In this document: positions 24,556 to 37,395 of the stretch, one piece after another
Position numbering within the stretch: the stretch's first letter is position 1
Layout of the letters: each line of letters opens with the position of its first letter
NCBI GenBank assembly: GCA_965637545.1
Contig: OZ281498.1
Location: forward strand, 17,856,001-17,920,000
Origin: Phallusia mammillata
Taxonomy: Eukaryota
Reading direction: 5' to 3'
Length of the DNA stretch: 64,000 nucleotides
Notes under the pieces: model-generated
What the model saw: only the letters and a program-made list of their open reading frames with translations
What the model was told of the DNA's origin: nothing
Database searches by the model: none
Position numbers and translations under genes: made by a program

Positions 24556-26044
24556 GTCTAGAGTCAAGACTAGTGGTTCTATTTGACTTGAAATATATTC
24601 CTTCAATACAGAATTCAAAGTGTGATACCAAACTAACGACAGCAACAATAAATGGCCAAAAACTTGGATAAGCTTTTTTCGAACTGAATTTTAAATTAAT
24701 TATAAGCAACTAATTCCAGCTTATCTCCATATGCAAATAGCGTCTTGTGGAACGCTTAAAAGTCATTTACCAATTTCAAACATGTGCTCTCGTTTGGGGC
24801 CGGAGCAAGAGCTTGCATGGGCGAGCAGATGGCCAGAACAGAGCTGTGGATTTTCCTTGTTACAATTGTTCAGCGGTTTAGGATATCTTTTGACCCATAA
24901 TGATCCGGCTCCGCTTTCTCTCACTGACGGCACCAAACCTCTTGTCAACGTCCCCCCTGCATACAACGTTTTCCTACAATCCCGATGAAATATTGGAGTT
25001 TATGTGTGTTATAAAAGCAGTATACAAAAGAAACTTTGTGACATTTAACAGCAAATATAACGGGAGAAATGCACATCGCGTCTTAACATAGCAAAAATAT
25101 GACTGAACTCCATTGCAATAAAAAAAGTCAGTGTGTGTGGTTTTGTTAAATCACTGTTATAACACAAAACAATGAAGTAGGGTGTAATATAGTTGTTGAA
25201 GGAAAATATCATACCAAAACAAGTTTGTCAAGTTGTTAGTGCTATCTCAAAATAAGTCAATCTTAAAATACGGCCAAATTTGTTGAGAAGTTTCTCATTA
25301 AAATCTACACTGGAAACAGTTGTAAAGCAGTTGTAAATAAATCTTTGGTGATATGACTAGCTTTGAAGCGTTTGTGCAGGCGAGCAATAATGATGAACAT
25401 TTCACAAATCATACATCTGGCGTATTTAAGAGGTTATTTTGCAATAAATCAGGCTCAAATCACCTCTATGTGGTGCATAAAAGAGATGCTCAGAACACAT
25501 GTTTAGAAACAAGTCTCCTACACCAAGAATAGCAGAACGTTAGAGCACAGCAAACTATGCTTTGTTGTAGTACACTTCATGCTTCACCAACAAAGCGATA
25601 ATCGCTTATTCTCACGCGATGCAAACAGACTGGCATCTGATTCTACAGTTAGGTACCGCCGCCCTAAATCATTAAAAACGACAAAATGGATGCATAGTTT
25701 TAGATTTTTTAGAATTGCTTTACTCTTGTATGTAATAGACTTCTAAAGCTTTAGTATTTAGGTAGAAACAGTTGGTTTGTTCAAAATAGGAGAGAGCAAA
25801 AGGTATCATACAGAAAGTAGCAATAGGGACAAGTTTAACATGGAAAATTTACCCATTACTACAAAACAACCAATATTTTTCTTTAATTATTACTTTTATT
25901 GTTAAGAACGTTTCTACATTCAAGTTGCCTAAACCCCATTAACACCTTGGTAATTTGTTGGGAAACCAAACTATAAAGATTTTATTTTTTTAATAAGTTT
26001 TACCAGTTACATGTCTCTGATGGTGGTTCATCAAACTCATAGGA

Positions 26045-28215
26045 TTGCTCAGTCTAGTTTTAGTTGCTTTTACTATCCTGATCGTCCTGATTTTGTAGTG
26101 GTATCAAAAACCAGAATGTTTTCCACCAGGCCCAAGAGGGCTTCCACTGCTAGGAATCCTACCCAATCTTAGCGGTTTTCCGGAAAGAGACTTTGGCGTT
26201 TGGGGAAAAAATATGGCACCATTATGTCTGTACCGATGGGATGGAAAAACTGTGTTGTTCTAAACGATTATGACATCGTCAATGAGGTTACTATTATACT
26301 TTTCGTGTTTGCTGTTTTTTGCTACATACAAGCTTTCGTCTGTTTTTTTTGTTTATTGGCAAACTGCTTTGGGGTTAAATCTAATTGTTTTACATTTCTA
26401 AAGCGACCACAATCACAGAGCTTTGTTCTGTTGATTGTTTTGTTTTGTAAGTTTTTTTGTCACGAAATAGTGAAAAATATGTGAACGTTTTGCCACTATG
26501 CAGGTTTATTTTGACACAATATAAAACAATTTTGGTTAGCACTTAAAAGGTTTCAAAAAATGTCAGCAGAAATGTAAATATATGCCCGATTGATAAATGT
26601 TTTCTTTCCTGCAGACGTTGGTTAAACGGAGTAAAGAGTTTAATGAACGGCCTTACATACGTTTTTTCGATATGTTTACAAATAATGGCATTGCTATGAT
26701 CACTGGTGGCCAGGTGTGGCGTGTTCATCGCCGGTTTGGTATGTCTGCCATACGAAGGTACAATAACAAATCAACTGATAGTCTATGAACCCAGTTAGAT
26801 GTATAACTTTCCCACATGTTTGCAGCATTGTAATTTAAATGAGTTCGGTTATATGTGCGATGTAAAAACGTAAGATATGAGATGTGATTATCGCAGATCA
26901 AACGAAAAATGTTCTAAGATTGTCCACCAAGGCATTACGCCCAAGTTACACCAGGTTTTTGCTATATTTCGGACATTATCACAGCCTATAAGCATTCAAA
27001 TTTGGTTACTCAATAATTAATGTTTTTTTGGGTAATATTACAGTGTGCTAGCCAATGTCTTTAAAAATCCAACATAAATCACCGACAAAACTTTGACTGT
27101 AAACATGTGAGGATTTTAAAACTCTGTTATATTTTTACAATGTTATATTTTCATGCAAAACAAAAAATATTTTTTTGCAGATTTGGTGGTAATAAGGGTG
27201 TGATGTAAAAGAAAGTGAGGGACGAAGCAATGTATCTTGTGCCGAAATTAGAAGAAAATGAAGGGAAACCTTTCAAAATTCAGGTAAATGCTACAAACGA
27301 CTCCAGATCAAGGACAAAATGGAACAACAAATATCACTTATTTTTTTCAGAATCTTTTGACGAACGCTGTGTCAAACGTGATCTGCAACATGGCGTTCGG
27401 CAGGAGATACGATTACAATGATGACAAGTTTCAAGTGCCAATAACCAACCTTTTGTCACAGTAGGTTTTGAACAGACTATTCCGCAAAAAAGAGGTTATC
27501 TACTTTTTACCCATCAATTATACGACAACTAGTATGCAATCTTGCTCGATATGGCAAATATTTTTGCAAATACGTCGCACTGAAGTTTTCGCAGCTAAAC
27601 TACAGGTGTACTGAAAAAAGAAACAATTTTTCTTTTTTATCAGTTTTAAAAAGGTAAGTGACTGGAAGACGAACGTCCTTATGTTTATTCTGTTTCTTTG
27701 CGACGTACCGCCTTTTACAACACATGTCGAAATAAACCTGATGCTAATTCGTCCAATACGAGGTAACTTGATTTTCAAATACAATTAAAATCGAGTTTTG
27801 TAAAAAAACAAACATTACCTGCCCTTCTTCAAAATTTTTTTTGGGAAAATTTAGCGGTTTACAAAAAGTTGTTTGCTACTTAACACATTATTTTGTCGTC
27901 ATTAATGCAGCAATGATTGGTGATCTGATAAACGAACACAAATCCACTTTTGATCCCAACGACATTCGTGATATTTTGGACGGATATTTGGTGAACTTTG
28001 TTCACAAGGAAGACAACTTTGTTTTTAAGGTATAGATTTTTTATTGGTATACCTGATAATCGTCATCACTAGAAATACTTTTAAAGAACTGCCAAGACAT
28101 TTTCTTTGACTTGTTTGTGGCGGGAACAGAAACCACTTCCACGACATTAAGATGGGCATTTTTGTGTCTAATGCTTCATCAGGACGTCCAGGATAAAATG
28201 CAAAAGGAAATCGAC
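26045..28215 (+). pseudogene. CYP-5 pseudogene (exons 1-7 only)
   Basis: Start appears as TTG; TAG at 26096-26098 and a -1 frameshift in exon 1; TAA at 27206-27208 in exon 3. Exon 7 joins at 28215/28216 directly to sequence matching the CYP-8 3' flank (41517 onward), so exons 8-9 with the heme Cys are deleted. Confidence 0.92.
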
Positions 28216-29469
28216 CCGTGTTTCCCCTTTGTTTTGAGTTTACAAAAGTGCTTTTACAAAGTTTACCTTTTTTGGTTTTGTAATACTCTGAGAAAAAGTT
28301 AGCCAAATAAAAGAAATAGCATGCATTGTATTTAAATACAATAGCAAGTACTTTAATCAGCCAAAAACAAAAAACTTACTGTATTATTTATCATATCATT
28401 TGGAGCAAAGATGGCATAGTCTGTTCCGAAAACTTACCTCTATTGGAAACAGACTGGCGATTTCCCACGGAACTTTCGGCCAGAAGCTATATGATAACTT
28501 TGAGGCCAAAGCTTTTTGCAATTGTGTATGTCCAATATAAAACTTAACATATAAGTGTGACTTATAGTACAAGACCTTAAAGTACGCTATGTTTAACAAA
28601 TTAAAATTTCATAATGTTTTGATGAATCAAGCTCGTGTAGTCCCATTATACTCTTGAGTGTTACAGAGAGTAACATTTCTAGTTCATGCCAGTGATCTGA
28701 CTCTATTCACTGTGACATAACAAAGCGCGTGCCATGATTGGGGGAGAAATCTCTGACGTAACAATGTGTATGAAGTCATTAGTGGTGCAATCTTGTGCAC
28801 ACCACGTTTTGCAGTTTCTTTCTGTGCTGTAAGCAGCCTTTTTAGTAGTCGCAGTTTGTGGTTAAACTCCTCCTAACAAGTTGATACTTAATTTGATTGT
28901 ATGAATTGTTATAGATTAATATCGTGATAATGTTTGTGTATGAGTTAAAAAATAGTGACTTTCTAATTGTCACATGTTTCTTTGAGTAAGTTTATCGGCT
29001 ATTTTGTGTGTGTGTATAACTAGCCGATTGTGACACTTTTCTGTTTGCTTTAACAGAGAACCAATGTAGAGCAAACAAAAGTAGATCACAACATAAGGCT
29101 TAAATTCAAAGTTTCTGAATTTCCTGTCAGTAAAGAGACTAAAGAGAACATTACAAAATTCTATCAAGAGAAAATTTTAATTCGCTGCAATTAAATTTAA
29201 GTAGGTAGTTATAACTAAACCGCAAGAAGTGGGCAAATTTGATATGACATCAACTGGTGTCAATCATCCGTTCCTTCTAAATAAATCCGTTATTTTGTGG
29301 TGACTGTTTTATTTACAAAAAACACCCAGCAAAAATACAAAATTTTAGTTTTGCGAAGGAAATACAATAAGGTTAAAGTTAGATTAGCTTTAGTAGCAAG
29401 TGATTATTATTAAACTCTGTACAATCAACTCTCACCTATACTTGTTTAAACTCGTAAAATTAAACTATT

Positions 29470-32400
29470 TCATCGGGATTGTATGAACATATTAAAAGCC
29501 GGTGGGATATTACCAAGAACGTTGCTTTCATCATCGAGAGAAGGTGGATCCGGATCATTGGGGTCGACAGAAATCCTAAACCGCTGAATGATGGTAATAA
29601 TGAAGATCCACAGCTGTGTCTTCGCCAGCTGCTCGCCCATGCAAACTCTTGCACCAGCACCAAACTGCATCACGTGTTTAGAATTGGTAAAGTTTCCGTT
29701 TTCATCTAGGTGTCGCTGTGGTTCAAACTTGCTTGGGTTTTTCCAGTATGTTTCGTCGTTGTTGACTTGCCAGAGATTGGTGAGTATCTGTCAGAATACT
29801 CCTTTTTGAATTTCCGGAGACAGTGTATGTTGGGAAAAGTTTGTTTTCATTGTCTAAGTCTTTGTTTAATGTATGGGAATTATCTTAACTAAATAGAGTT
29901 TAAATTAAAGTATGAATCCTTGCCATCAAAGTAAGCTGATCAGCTTGATTTTCTGCATTTCGGAAAAAAAATCTTGGTAGCTGCTTAGGCTAAATGTTTA
30001 CCTGAGTGCCTTTGGGTATGCGATAATCGCGAACTGCCAAGTCTTTGGTAGTACAACGTGGTACAGAAAGTGGTACACGAGTCCTGAACCTTATCACTTC
30101 GTGCAGCACTGCACATGAAAATGGCATCTTTTCCCGATGGGATAAGCTCGGTGTTTCACCTCTTCCTGCAGAGAAAAGATTAACCCCCATAAATTACTTT
30201 TAAACCAACATGTTGTTAAAACTCCTGTCAGCAACTTTGTAAAACTCATGTCAGGAAATGCTTACAGTAATAAGAAGAATACAGTAATAAGAAGAATGGG
30301 GTTCTAAGGTTGATATTTAATCGTTGTCTAAACCTAAAAGGAAAAATGTTGTATAAAAACGGTTACCGATGACATTGTCAATTTCCCTGATCATCTCATC
30401 TTGGACATCCTGATGAAGCATCAGACACAACAAAGCCCAATTTAAAATTGCAGAGGTGGTCTCAGATCCCGCCAGAAACAAGTCAAAACAGAAGTCTTGG
30501 CAGTTCTTTAAATATCATTTCGCTTGTAAATCGGTTTACAGGTTAAACTAATGAAAAATCCACCTTAAAAACAAAATTCTGCTCCTTATGAACAAAGTTC
30601 TCTAAATATCCGTCCAAAACATCACGAATTTCGCCGGGATTAAAAGTGGATTTGTGTTCGTTGATCAGATCACCAATCATTGCTGTTGGAACAAGTACAA
30701 AACATTCATTTGGCACAGCAGTCGACGTGGTCATAGACGACGGTTGTTTTTAAATAAGTAGACGCCTCGTAGTTTGCCTACCTCGTATTGGACTAGCCAA
30801 TGACATGGTGTCTTGAACGTGTTTTGTGAAGGGTGGTACGTCGTACAGAAACGGAATAAATGTTAAAATATTCGTCTTCCAGTCACGTAGGTTTTTTGAT
30901 CTAGAAGCGTATTATTTACAAGGTGATTTGACAATTTTCCAGTACTTATTCCAATAATTTAACTGTACACGACTTGAAAATTAATTTAATCAAAAACATA
31001 ACTGCCAGAGAACTTGCTATTGTCATCATCAGCTCAGATTGTCAATGGAGCTCGAACAGGGTTGATACAAGCACTTTGGAAAAAGGGTGAATGCAAGGTG
31101 TGTTGAAACAAACCCTTTTCTAGCTCGATTGACAAAGTAGTGTACAGCGTGTTTCTTTTTCTAAAACTTTTTTGTATTTTTGCCACAAGAAATTTATGTT
31201 TCAAACGGAATGGATGTCAACTAACTTTTGCCACATGATTACACGTAACTTACAACTCAACAATGCTTGTTACGAACGCCTGGAACTTGGGATCCTTGTA
31301 ATCGTATCTCCTCCCAAGCACAATGTTGCAAATCACGTTTGGTACAGCGTTTGATAAAAGATTCTGTAGAAAGTTTTTCGTTACATATAAATGCCAGAAT
31401 CACAAACAGTATTTTAAATTACTGGTTACTGCTATCTGACTTTTTTTAACTAAATAACTATAACTATTCTTTTATGATTGTGCAGATCAGTTCGCCAGTC
31501 GCAAAACAATTGATAAACATTCGTGCCAAATATTTTGACATTTTTCTTCTAAACCACATTACGGTGATTAGGAACGTCCTTAATAGACTTGGCGTATTAT
31601 AGTTTACCTGAATATTAAACGGTTTTCCTGCCAAGTTATTTAGTTTTTGAGTCAGATACATCGCTTCGTCGTTCACCTTTTGCTCCATAACGCCCGTATT
31701 ACCTCCTAATCTGCAAAGAGTATGTTTAATCCGTGTTATTTAGGATTTGTAGCGATTGGCATTGCCTTTGAAGGTTACCATCTTTTTTACTCATCTTTTA
31801 TGGTTGCAAACAATTTGCCCTGCCGGAAACCGAAACTAATGTGCGGTGAGGCTTTTGTGGTAAGTCGTTGTTACAGGGTTGTTAGCCATTACACAAATAT
31901 TGTGACAGTCACTGTTGTAATATGAGTTGACTATGCGTATTTTTGGTTTAATGTACAAGAACAATATCGACTCCTAAATATGACACTTCACTGCTAAGAC
32001 GCTGAATAAATACAAGCAACAACAATTTTTGTTTATCAATAGATACGCATATCAATAGATACGAAACTTAACACATATGTTTTAAATTGTGCGTATTCAG
32101 AATTAATTCCGTTGTCAAGTTTGAAACGAAACCCACACGTTTGCAAAATCGACTGATTTGATTGCAACACTGACCAACTTTGCTTCAAACACAAAGCATA
32201 TTTCACTATTGTGTTATGTTTGTACCTTCGTAAAGATGAAACACCAAACCGACGATGGGAATGCCACACAGGACCACCAGGAATCGTGCCAATCCCGTTC
32301 GATGAAAGTGCACTTGAAAGTCGTATATAAGGTCGTTCATGAAATTCCTCGCTTCGTTTTACCAATGTCTGTCGAAAACGAAAACAGTCAGCAGAGTTAA

Positions 32401-32735
32401 TATGCGGAAAACTAAACACATTCGTGTCGTGAGGACCTTACCACATACGCCGACAAAACACAGTCAGGAAATTAAGCATGTAAACATACCTCAATGACGG
32501 TTTCATGATCGTTCAGAACCACGACGGTTTGCCATCCCATCGGTACAGATATGATGGGGCCATATTTCTTGCCCCAAGCGCCAAAGTCTCTTTCTGGAAA
32601 ACTGCTGAGAAATGGTAGCATTCCCAATAGAGGAAGTCCCATTGGACCTGGTGGGTGTTTATTGGGTTTTTGATACCACCAATAGAAAAACAGGGCCACC
32701 ATAATAGAGAATATTATCAAAAATAAGTTGAGCAT
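29470..32735 (-). CDS. CYP-6: cytochrome P450, intact 9-exon gene, 486 aa
   Basis: Exons 32735-32490, 32368-32226, 31710-31608, 31363-31254, 30900-30782, 30682-30564, 30505-30367, 30165-30002, 29787-29470; open throughout. [31 protein letters not shown]. Confidence 0.92.
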
Positions 32736-34773
32736 CTTTCTAAAGGGTTTTGTTTGTAATCTTTTAAAGTCACGTTACAGTGAATATATAAGCTGTTCTG
32801 CAACAAACCGATAAATAGTTAAGTGCGGAAATTTTGCAGAACAGATTGTCAAGTTGCATTAAAAAGACTATAATTTTGCCGACTGAAAGTTAAAGGCATG
32901 ACCAGTGCAACTGCATCATCCCTAACCTTTAGACTAAACTAAAACTGCCCGTTGAAGATACAACGTCTGCCCGTTGAAGATACAAAAACTTTGTATTGGA
33001 ATTATATAGGTTTATGCAAACTATTTGGTTCCATGCAGTGCCGAATCTGACACTAGCATATTTCATCTGCATAAGTAGCTCTAAAGATCATAACTTCAAT
33101 CACAACACATAACAAAGTACATTGTTAGACCAAGTAAACATCAGATAACAAAGTCAGTTCAACATCCTGATTAACGACGGGAAGTGAGCTTTGAAACGAG
33201 CTGATCCAGTAAACAATAACAAACTTTGCACAAATCATGCATGATTTAGCTATCCAGTTAAACAAACTGTGTCACAACTTCGTCGCATACCTTTGAGCTA
33301 GCAAATCGAAACGATCAGATGATTCAGTAAACATTTGCAAAAATTGCACAAATTATATCATTGCAATTGATGCACTAACATGCTTGGGCTTATTCTTCGA
33401 ATTACAATATTTTATTAAATCATTAGCGTAAACTTAGCCGCCTCAAATCAACTTTGCTCGCTACCTTAACGCAAAGTTTACTTCTTCAAGAACCTCAGTG
33501 TAGTTCAGATTAAACCAGATAATCCAAACTGCAAGTAGCAGGAAAATTTGATATTACTTTGAGCTGGTGACAGTCAACTTTATCCTACTACCAAAAGCCT
33601 TACGTATCGTTTTGTTGTTAATTTTTTATTTGCAAAACAACACTGCACAAAATGAGATTTCAGCTTTGCAAGGGAAGATTAAAGTTACATTAGCTTTCGC
33701 AGCAAGTGAATATCAAAGGGTATACAATCATTTTTCACCAACAGCTGTTTCATATACTTTAACGCGAGTTTATGATCATATTATAAGCCGGTGGGACGTA
33801 AACGAGAGCGTTGGTTCCATCATCGAGAGAAAGCGGATCCGGATCATTAGGGTCGACAGATATCCTAAACCGCTGAATAATGGTAATAAGGAAGATCCAC
33901 AGTTCTGTCCGGGCCATCTGCTCGCCCATGCAAACTCTTGCCCCGGCGCCAAATGGAATCTCGTATTTGGAATTGGTAAAGTTCCCGCTTTCATCGAGGT
34001 GTCGCTGTGGATCAAATTTGTTTGGATTTTTCCAGTAAGTTTCGTCGTTGTGAACTTGCCAGAGGTTGGTAAACACCTGTCGAAAATAACTAATATTGTT
34101 TTAGGCTGACTGCTTATATTCAACAACACTTATTGTTTAAGTATGTCTTTCAACATTTGAGTAAACAATACCGAAAATAACTTAGTTATAATATAATCGA
34201 CACAAAATGTCCATTATGCTGCAAAAGGTTTAGTTGAATTTCCGTTGGACATTTGGGAAAATACCAAGATTCACAAAGTTACCTGCGTGCCTTTGGTATA
34301 TGGAAACCACGAACTGTCACGTCCTCCGCAGCACAGCGTGGCAATGAAAGTGGTATAAGTGTCCTAAACCTCATCACTTCATGAAGCACTGCACATGTGT
34401 AAGGCATCTTCTCGCGGTGAGATAAACTCGGTGTTCCTTCTTTTCCTACAGAGTACAAACGAGCGGAAGGTTCACATGTTACATGTAGTTGCAAATTGTT
34501 TTTCTTTTTTTATTAGTTCTTATGGCTGTGGTTCTAAATTTTTAACGACCCGGATGTTCAGGTTATGCGTAAAGTTTTCTTTTGAAACAACTAATTTTAG
34601 GCCTGATTAAGAAAATTTTACCGATGACTTGGAGGACACAAAAATGTCCATCTCAAAGTGGTTGAAGTGCTTTCTGTTCCCGCCACAAACAAGTCAAAGA
34701 AAAAGTCCTGGCAGTTCTGTAAAGGAATTGTTAGTGTAACAAAGATTTTCTGTTTCACCGATTATAATTCTAC

Positions 34774-35371
34774 TGTAGCGATTGCGACATAATTTGTGCA
34801 AACTATGCAATAGTTGTTTACCAAATATAGCTCGTTTTTTAATCCGCTAGCTCAAAGCTGCGAGGAAGTTAAAATGTGTAGCACCAAATCAAACTGTATT
34901 GACAAATCTTGGTCGGACTTTGTAATATTTCCTGTCGCAGTTAATTAGGATGCAGGTGCGTCTTTGTGATCTGGTGTTTATGTGCTTTAACCGTATGTTT
35001 TGTCCTGTGCTGTGATTGGACGCTGCTTTGTGTGGAAATTGTACAAGAGCCAGAGCACATGTGTACGATTTAACGCTTTTATCCGGGATATATAAAACCG
35101 CACTCGTTTATTTCGATCTCTTCTCTTCCTTCTTTCTGGTCATTCTGTTTGACTTGCATTCGCTTATATCAGCGTGTCGCTTTCTATCGTCAAGAAGTAA
35201 TAAACAAACGAACCGAAGTGCAAGACACCTGTGTGGAGTTTCCAGGACTCTGTCCTGACAAGCTCAGGAGCTTGGGAGGTTAAGGACGGTGGTATACCTT
35301 TTTAATTTGTAGTGACGCAGTTGTAACTTTGAGATTTTTAAGCGAACTTTAACATAAAACGGATCACTACA
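34774..35371 (+). mobile_element. Solo LTR (Gypsy-like), 598 bp, in CYP-7 intron 6
   Basis: Ends TGTAG...CTACA; 4-bp TSD CTAC (34770-34773, 35372-35375); internal TATATAAAA near 35089 and AATAAA near 35198 on +. The empty site is seen in the CYP-10 intron (47401-47430). Confidence 0.85.
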
Positions 35372-35936
35372 CTACCTTAAAAACAAAGTTGTCGTCCTTG
35401 TGAACAAAGCTCTCCAAATATCCGTCCAAAATATCACGAATGTCGTTTCGATCAAAAGTGGATTGGTGTTCGTTTATTAGATCACCAATCATTGCTGTGT
35501 TGATAAAGATTATAAACAAGTGTCAAATAGAGGATTTTTTTGAAACAGATTAAATTTCAAACAAGTTTTAAAACACAAAAAGCCATTAAATTTTTTCAAT
35601 GGATTGTAATTAGTTTACCTCGTATTGGACGAATTAGGGTCATGCTTTTTTCAACATGTTTTGTAAAAGGAGGTACGTCGCACAGAAATGGAATAAACAT
35701 CAGAACGTTGGTCTTCCAGTCGCTTACGTTTTTAAACCTGACAAAAAGTAGCAAATTTTTTATTTCTTGTTTTAAAAACAGCTGAAGTCGAGCTCCGAAA
35801 ACTTGAGAGCAAAATATTTAGGATATCGAGCCAGTATCACAAATAGTTGTCATATAACTTGGGATGAAAGGTTTTTCGGAACAGTTTGTTGAAAACTTAC
35901 TGTGCCAACAGGTTGGTTATTAGTACTTGAAACTTG

Positions 35937-36641
35937 TGTTACGAATAATATTATCAATTTCTTTATTGCACTGTTTTGTCACTCGTTTCGTTTGTTCTTT
36001 TGTCACAATATGTTGTTCGTTTCCCATAATATTATTTATATGTCTATTGCACAGCAATTTCACCATATGATACTTATTTCCATGTGTTGCTAATATTATC
36101 ACCTTTGTTTATTTAGCTATTTCTTCACTGTGTTAATACTAACTTTGTTTGTTGCTTCGTCACTGTATGTTATCTTTTATTTTTATTGTTTTCCATTTTT
36201 GCGTTTCGGACGCAACCGTCCTTGTTGCCTTGGCATTCCTGCGCGTGTCCCTAATTAATTACCTCGGGACTTTGCTTAATTTGCCCCAAGAATAACTGCT
36301 GTTTTTTCCTCGTGGCTTGCTCCCTAACGTGAGGGCGGTGAAAATGTGATCAGGCAGACTTGGTTGGTCGGCCTTGGTAGAACGTGCTTCTTGGCTTGTG
36401 AGATCTTTTACCTATTTGTCCGTTTTTACATCATGTTTTTAAGTGCTACGTTAGCCCGATTGTGTTGTCGAGAACCGTGCTTATTTCAGTCCGCTTTTAT
36501 AATAAGAACAAAGGATATATTGCATATTTTGTTACTGTTGTGCAAAAGAATTAAGAGTAGCGCGCGGTCTAGTTATTGGTTTTACCGGCTAGCCGTTAGA
36601 GCAGTGTCCTGAACCTTAGGCGCAGAATTAGTAGCGCTACA
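35937..36641 (-). mobile_element. Solo LTR (Gypsy-like), 705 bp, inside CYP-7 exon 4
   Basis: Ends TGT...ACA; 4-bp TSD CTTG (35933-35936, 36642-36645); removing it restores GAC AAG TTT CAA GTA; minus-strand TATAAAAG near 36500 and AATAAA near 36110. Confidence 0.88.
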
Positions 36642-37043
36642 CTTGTCATCATTGTAATCGTATCTTCTGCCGAACGCCATGTTGCAGATCACGTTTGACA
36701 CTGCGTTTGTCAAAAGATTCTGGACAAACATAACAATGACAAACAAGCCATATCCGTCTTAAACTAGGGTCGTTTGTACTATTTACATGGATTTTGAAAG
36801 GTTTTCCTTCGAACTCGTTTAGTTGCTGCAAAAGATACATTGCTTCGATATTAACCTTCTGCTCCATCGAACCCTTATTGCCACCAAATCTGCAAAAATG
36901 TGTGATTTTTGTTTTACAAAATACTGTTATGCACAACTAATCTGCGTTTACCACTTATAACATCAAACCAAGCACTCTTTGGTGTTTTAAGTAAATGGTA
37001 TATTCTGACGTTAGTTTATATTCGTACTCCTCACGACGTAGAC

Positions 37044-37260
37044 CAGTGGTCGGCAACCGCCGGTCCGCCGGGAGTTCGTTACCGGGCCGTATAGGTTTTC
37101 AGTTTAAATCCTATTAAACATTTTGCCCATGTATCCCGGGGATGATAAACTAATTTAGTCGTTTTTATTGCTAAGTATATGTAGTTTTTTGAAGACCGGT
37201 CCGCGATAAAATTTTAGTTTCAAAAACGGTCCGCAGTGCAAAAAAGGTTGCCGACCCCTG
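37044..37260. mobile_element. hAT-Charlie-like MITE, 217 bp, in CYP-7 intron 2
   Basis: TIRs CAGTGGTCGGCAACC / GGTTGCCGACCCCTG; 8-bp TSD ACGTAGAC (37036-37043, 37261-37268); empty site in the paralogous CYP-11 intron near 56352. Confidence 0.92.
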
Positions 37261-37287
37261 ACGTAGACAACAACATAAACTATAATA

Positions 37288-37395
37288 CATGAACAAATTT
37301 GTTGCTCTTTCTGCGGTTTTTATTACATTAGGCCGACGTTTTTTGCCCTATACGAGACCTTCATCAGAGTAATGACGTAAATTGAAAGAAAATTG
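37288..37395 (-). mobile_element. 108-bp insertion carrying a decayed hammerhead-like motif and AATAAA (Penelope-like end fragment)
   Basis: Flanked by the 12-bp direct repeat TAAACTATAATA (37276-37287, 37396-37407); minus strand reads CTGATGA-AGGTCTCGTATAGGGC-AAAAAACGTC...AATAAA. Confidence 0.5.

Larger units (their letters stand above)
21369..24988 (+). pseudogene. CYP-4 pseudogene
   Basis: TAA at 21402-21404 and a frameshift in exon 1; TAG at 22421-22423 in exon 3; exon 5 donor is TT (23029), exon 7 donor is GA (23418), exon 8 acceptor is TG (23727-23728); the 5' part of exon 9 is missing and the remainder (about 24766-24988) is frameshifted. Confidence 0.93.

Noticed and set aside
31010-31140. 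Possible LINE reverse-transcriptase remnant (KGLFQ...SPFF...ADD on the minus strand)
   Set aside because: Motif spacing is too short, there is an internal stop, and no further RT motifs are nearby.
33567-34109. Recurrent antisense ORFs over CYP exon 9 ([10 protein letters not shown]...; also 16213, 29479, 41275, 42924, 46299)
   Set aside because: Shadow frames of a conserved coding exon; starts, stops and lengths vary among copies.
35016-36612. ORFs of 80-88 aa at 35016-35258 and 36346-36612
   Set aside because: They lie inside solo LTRs and show no gag/pol or other recognisable motifs.
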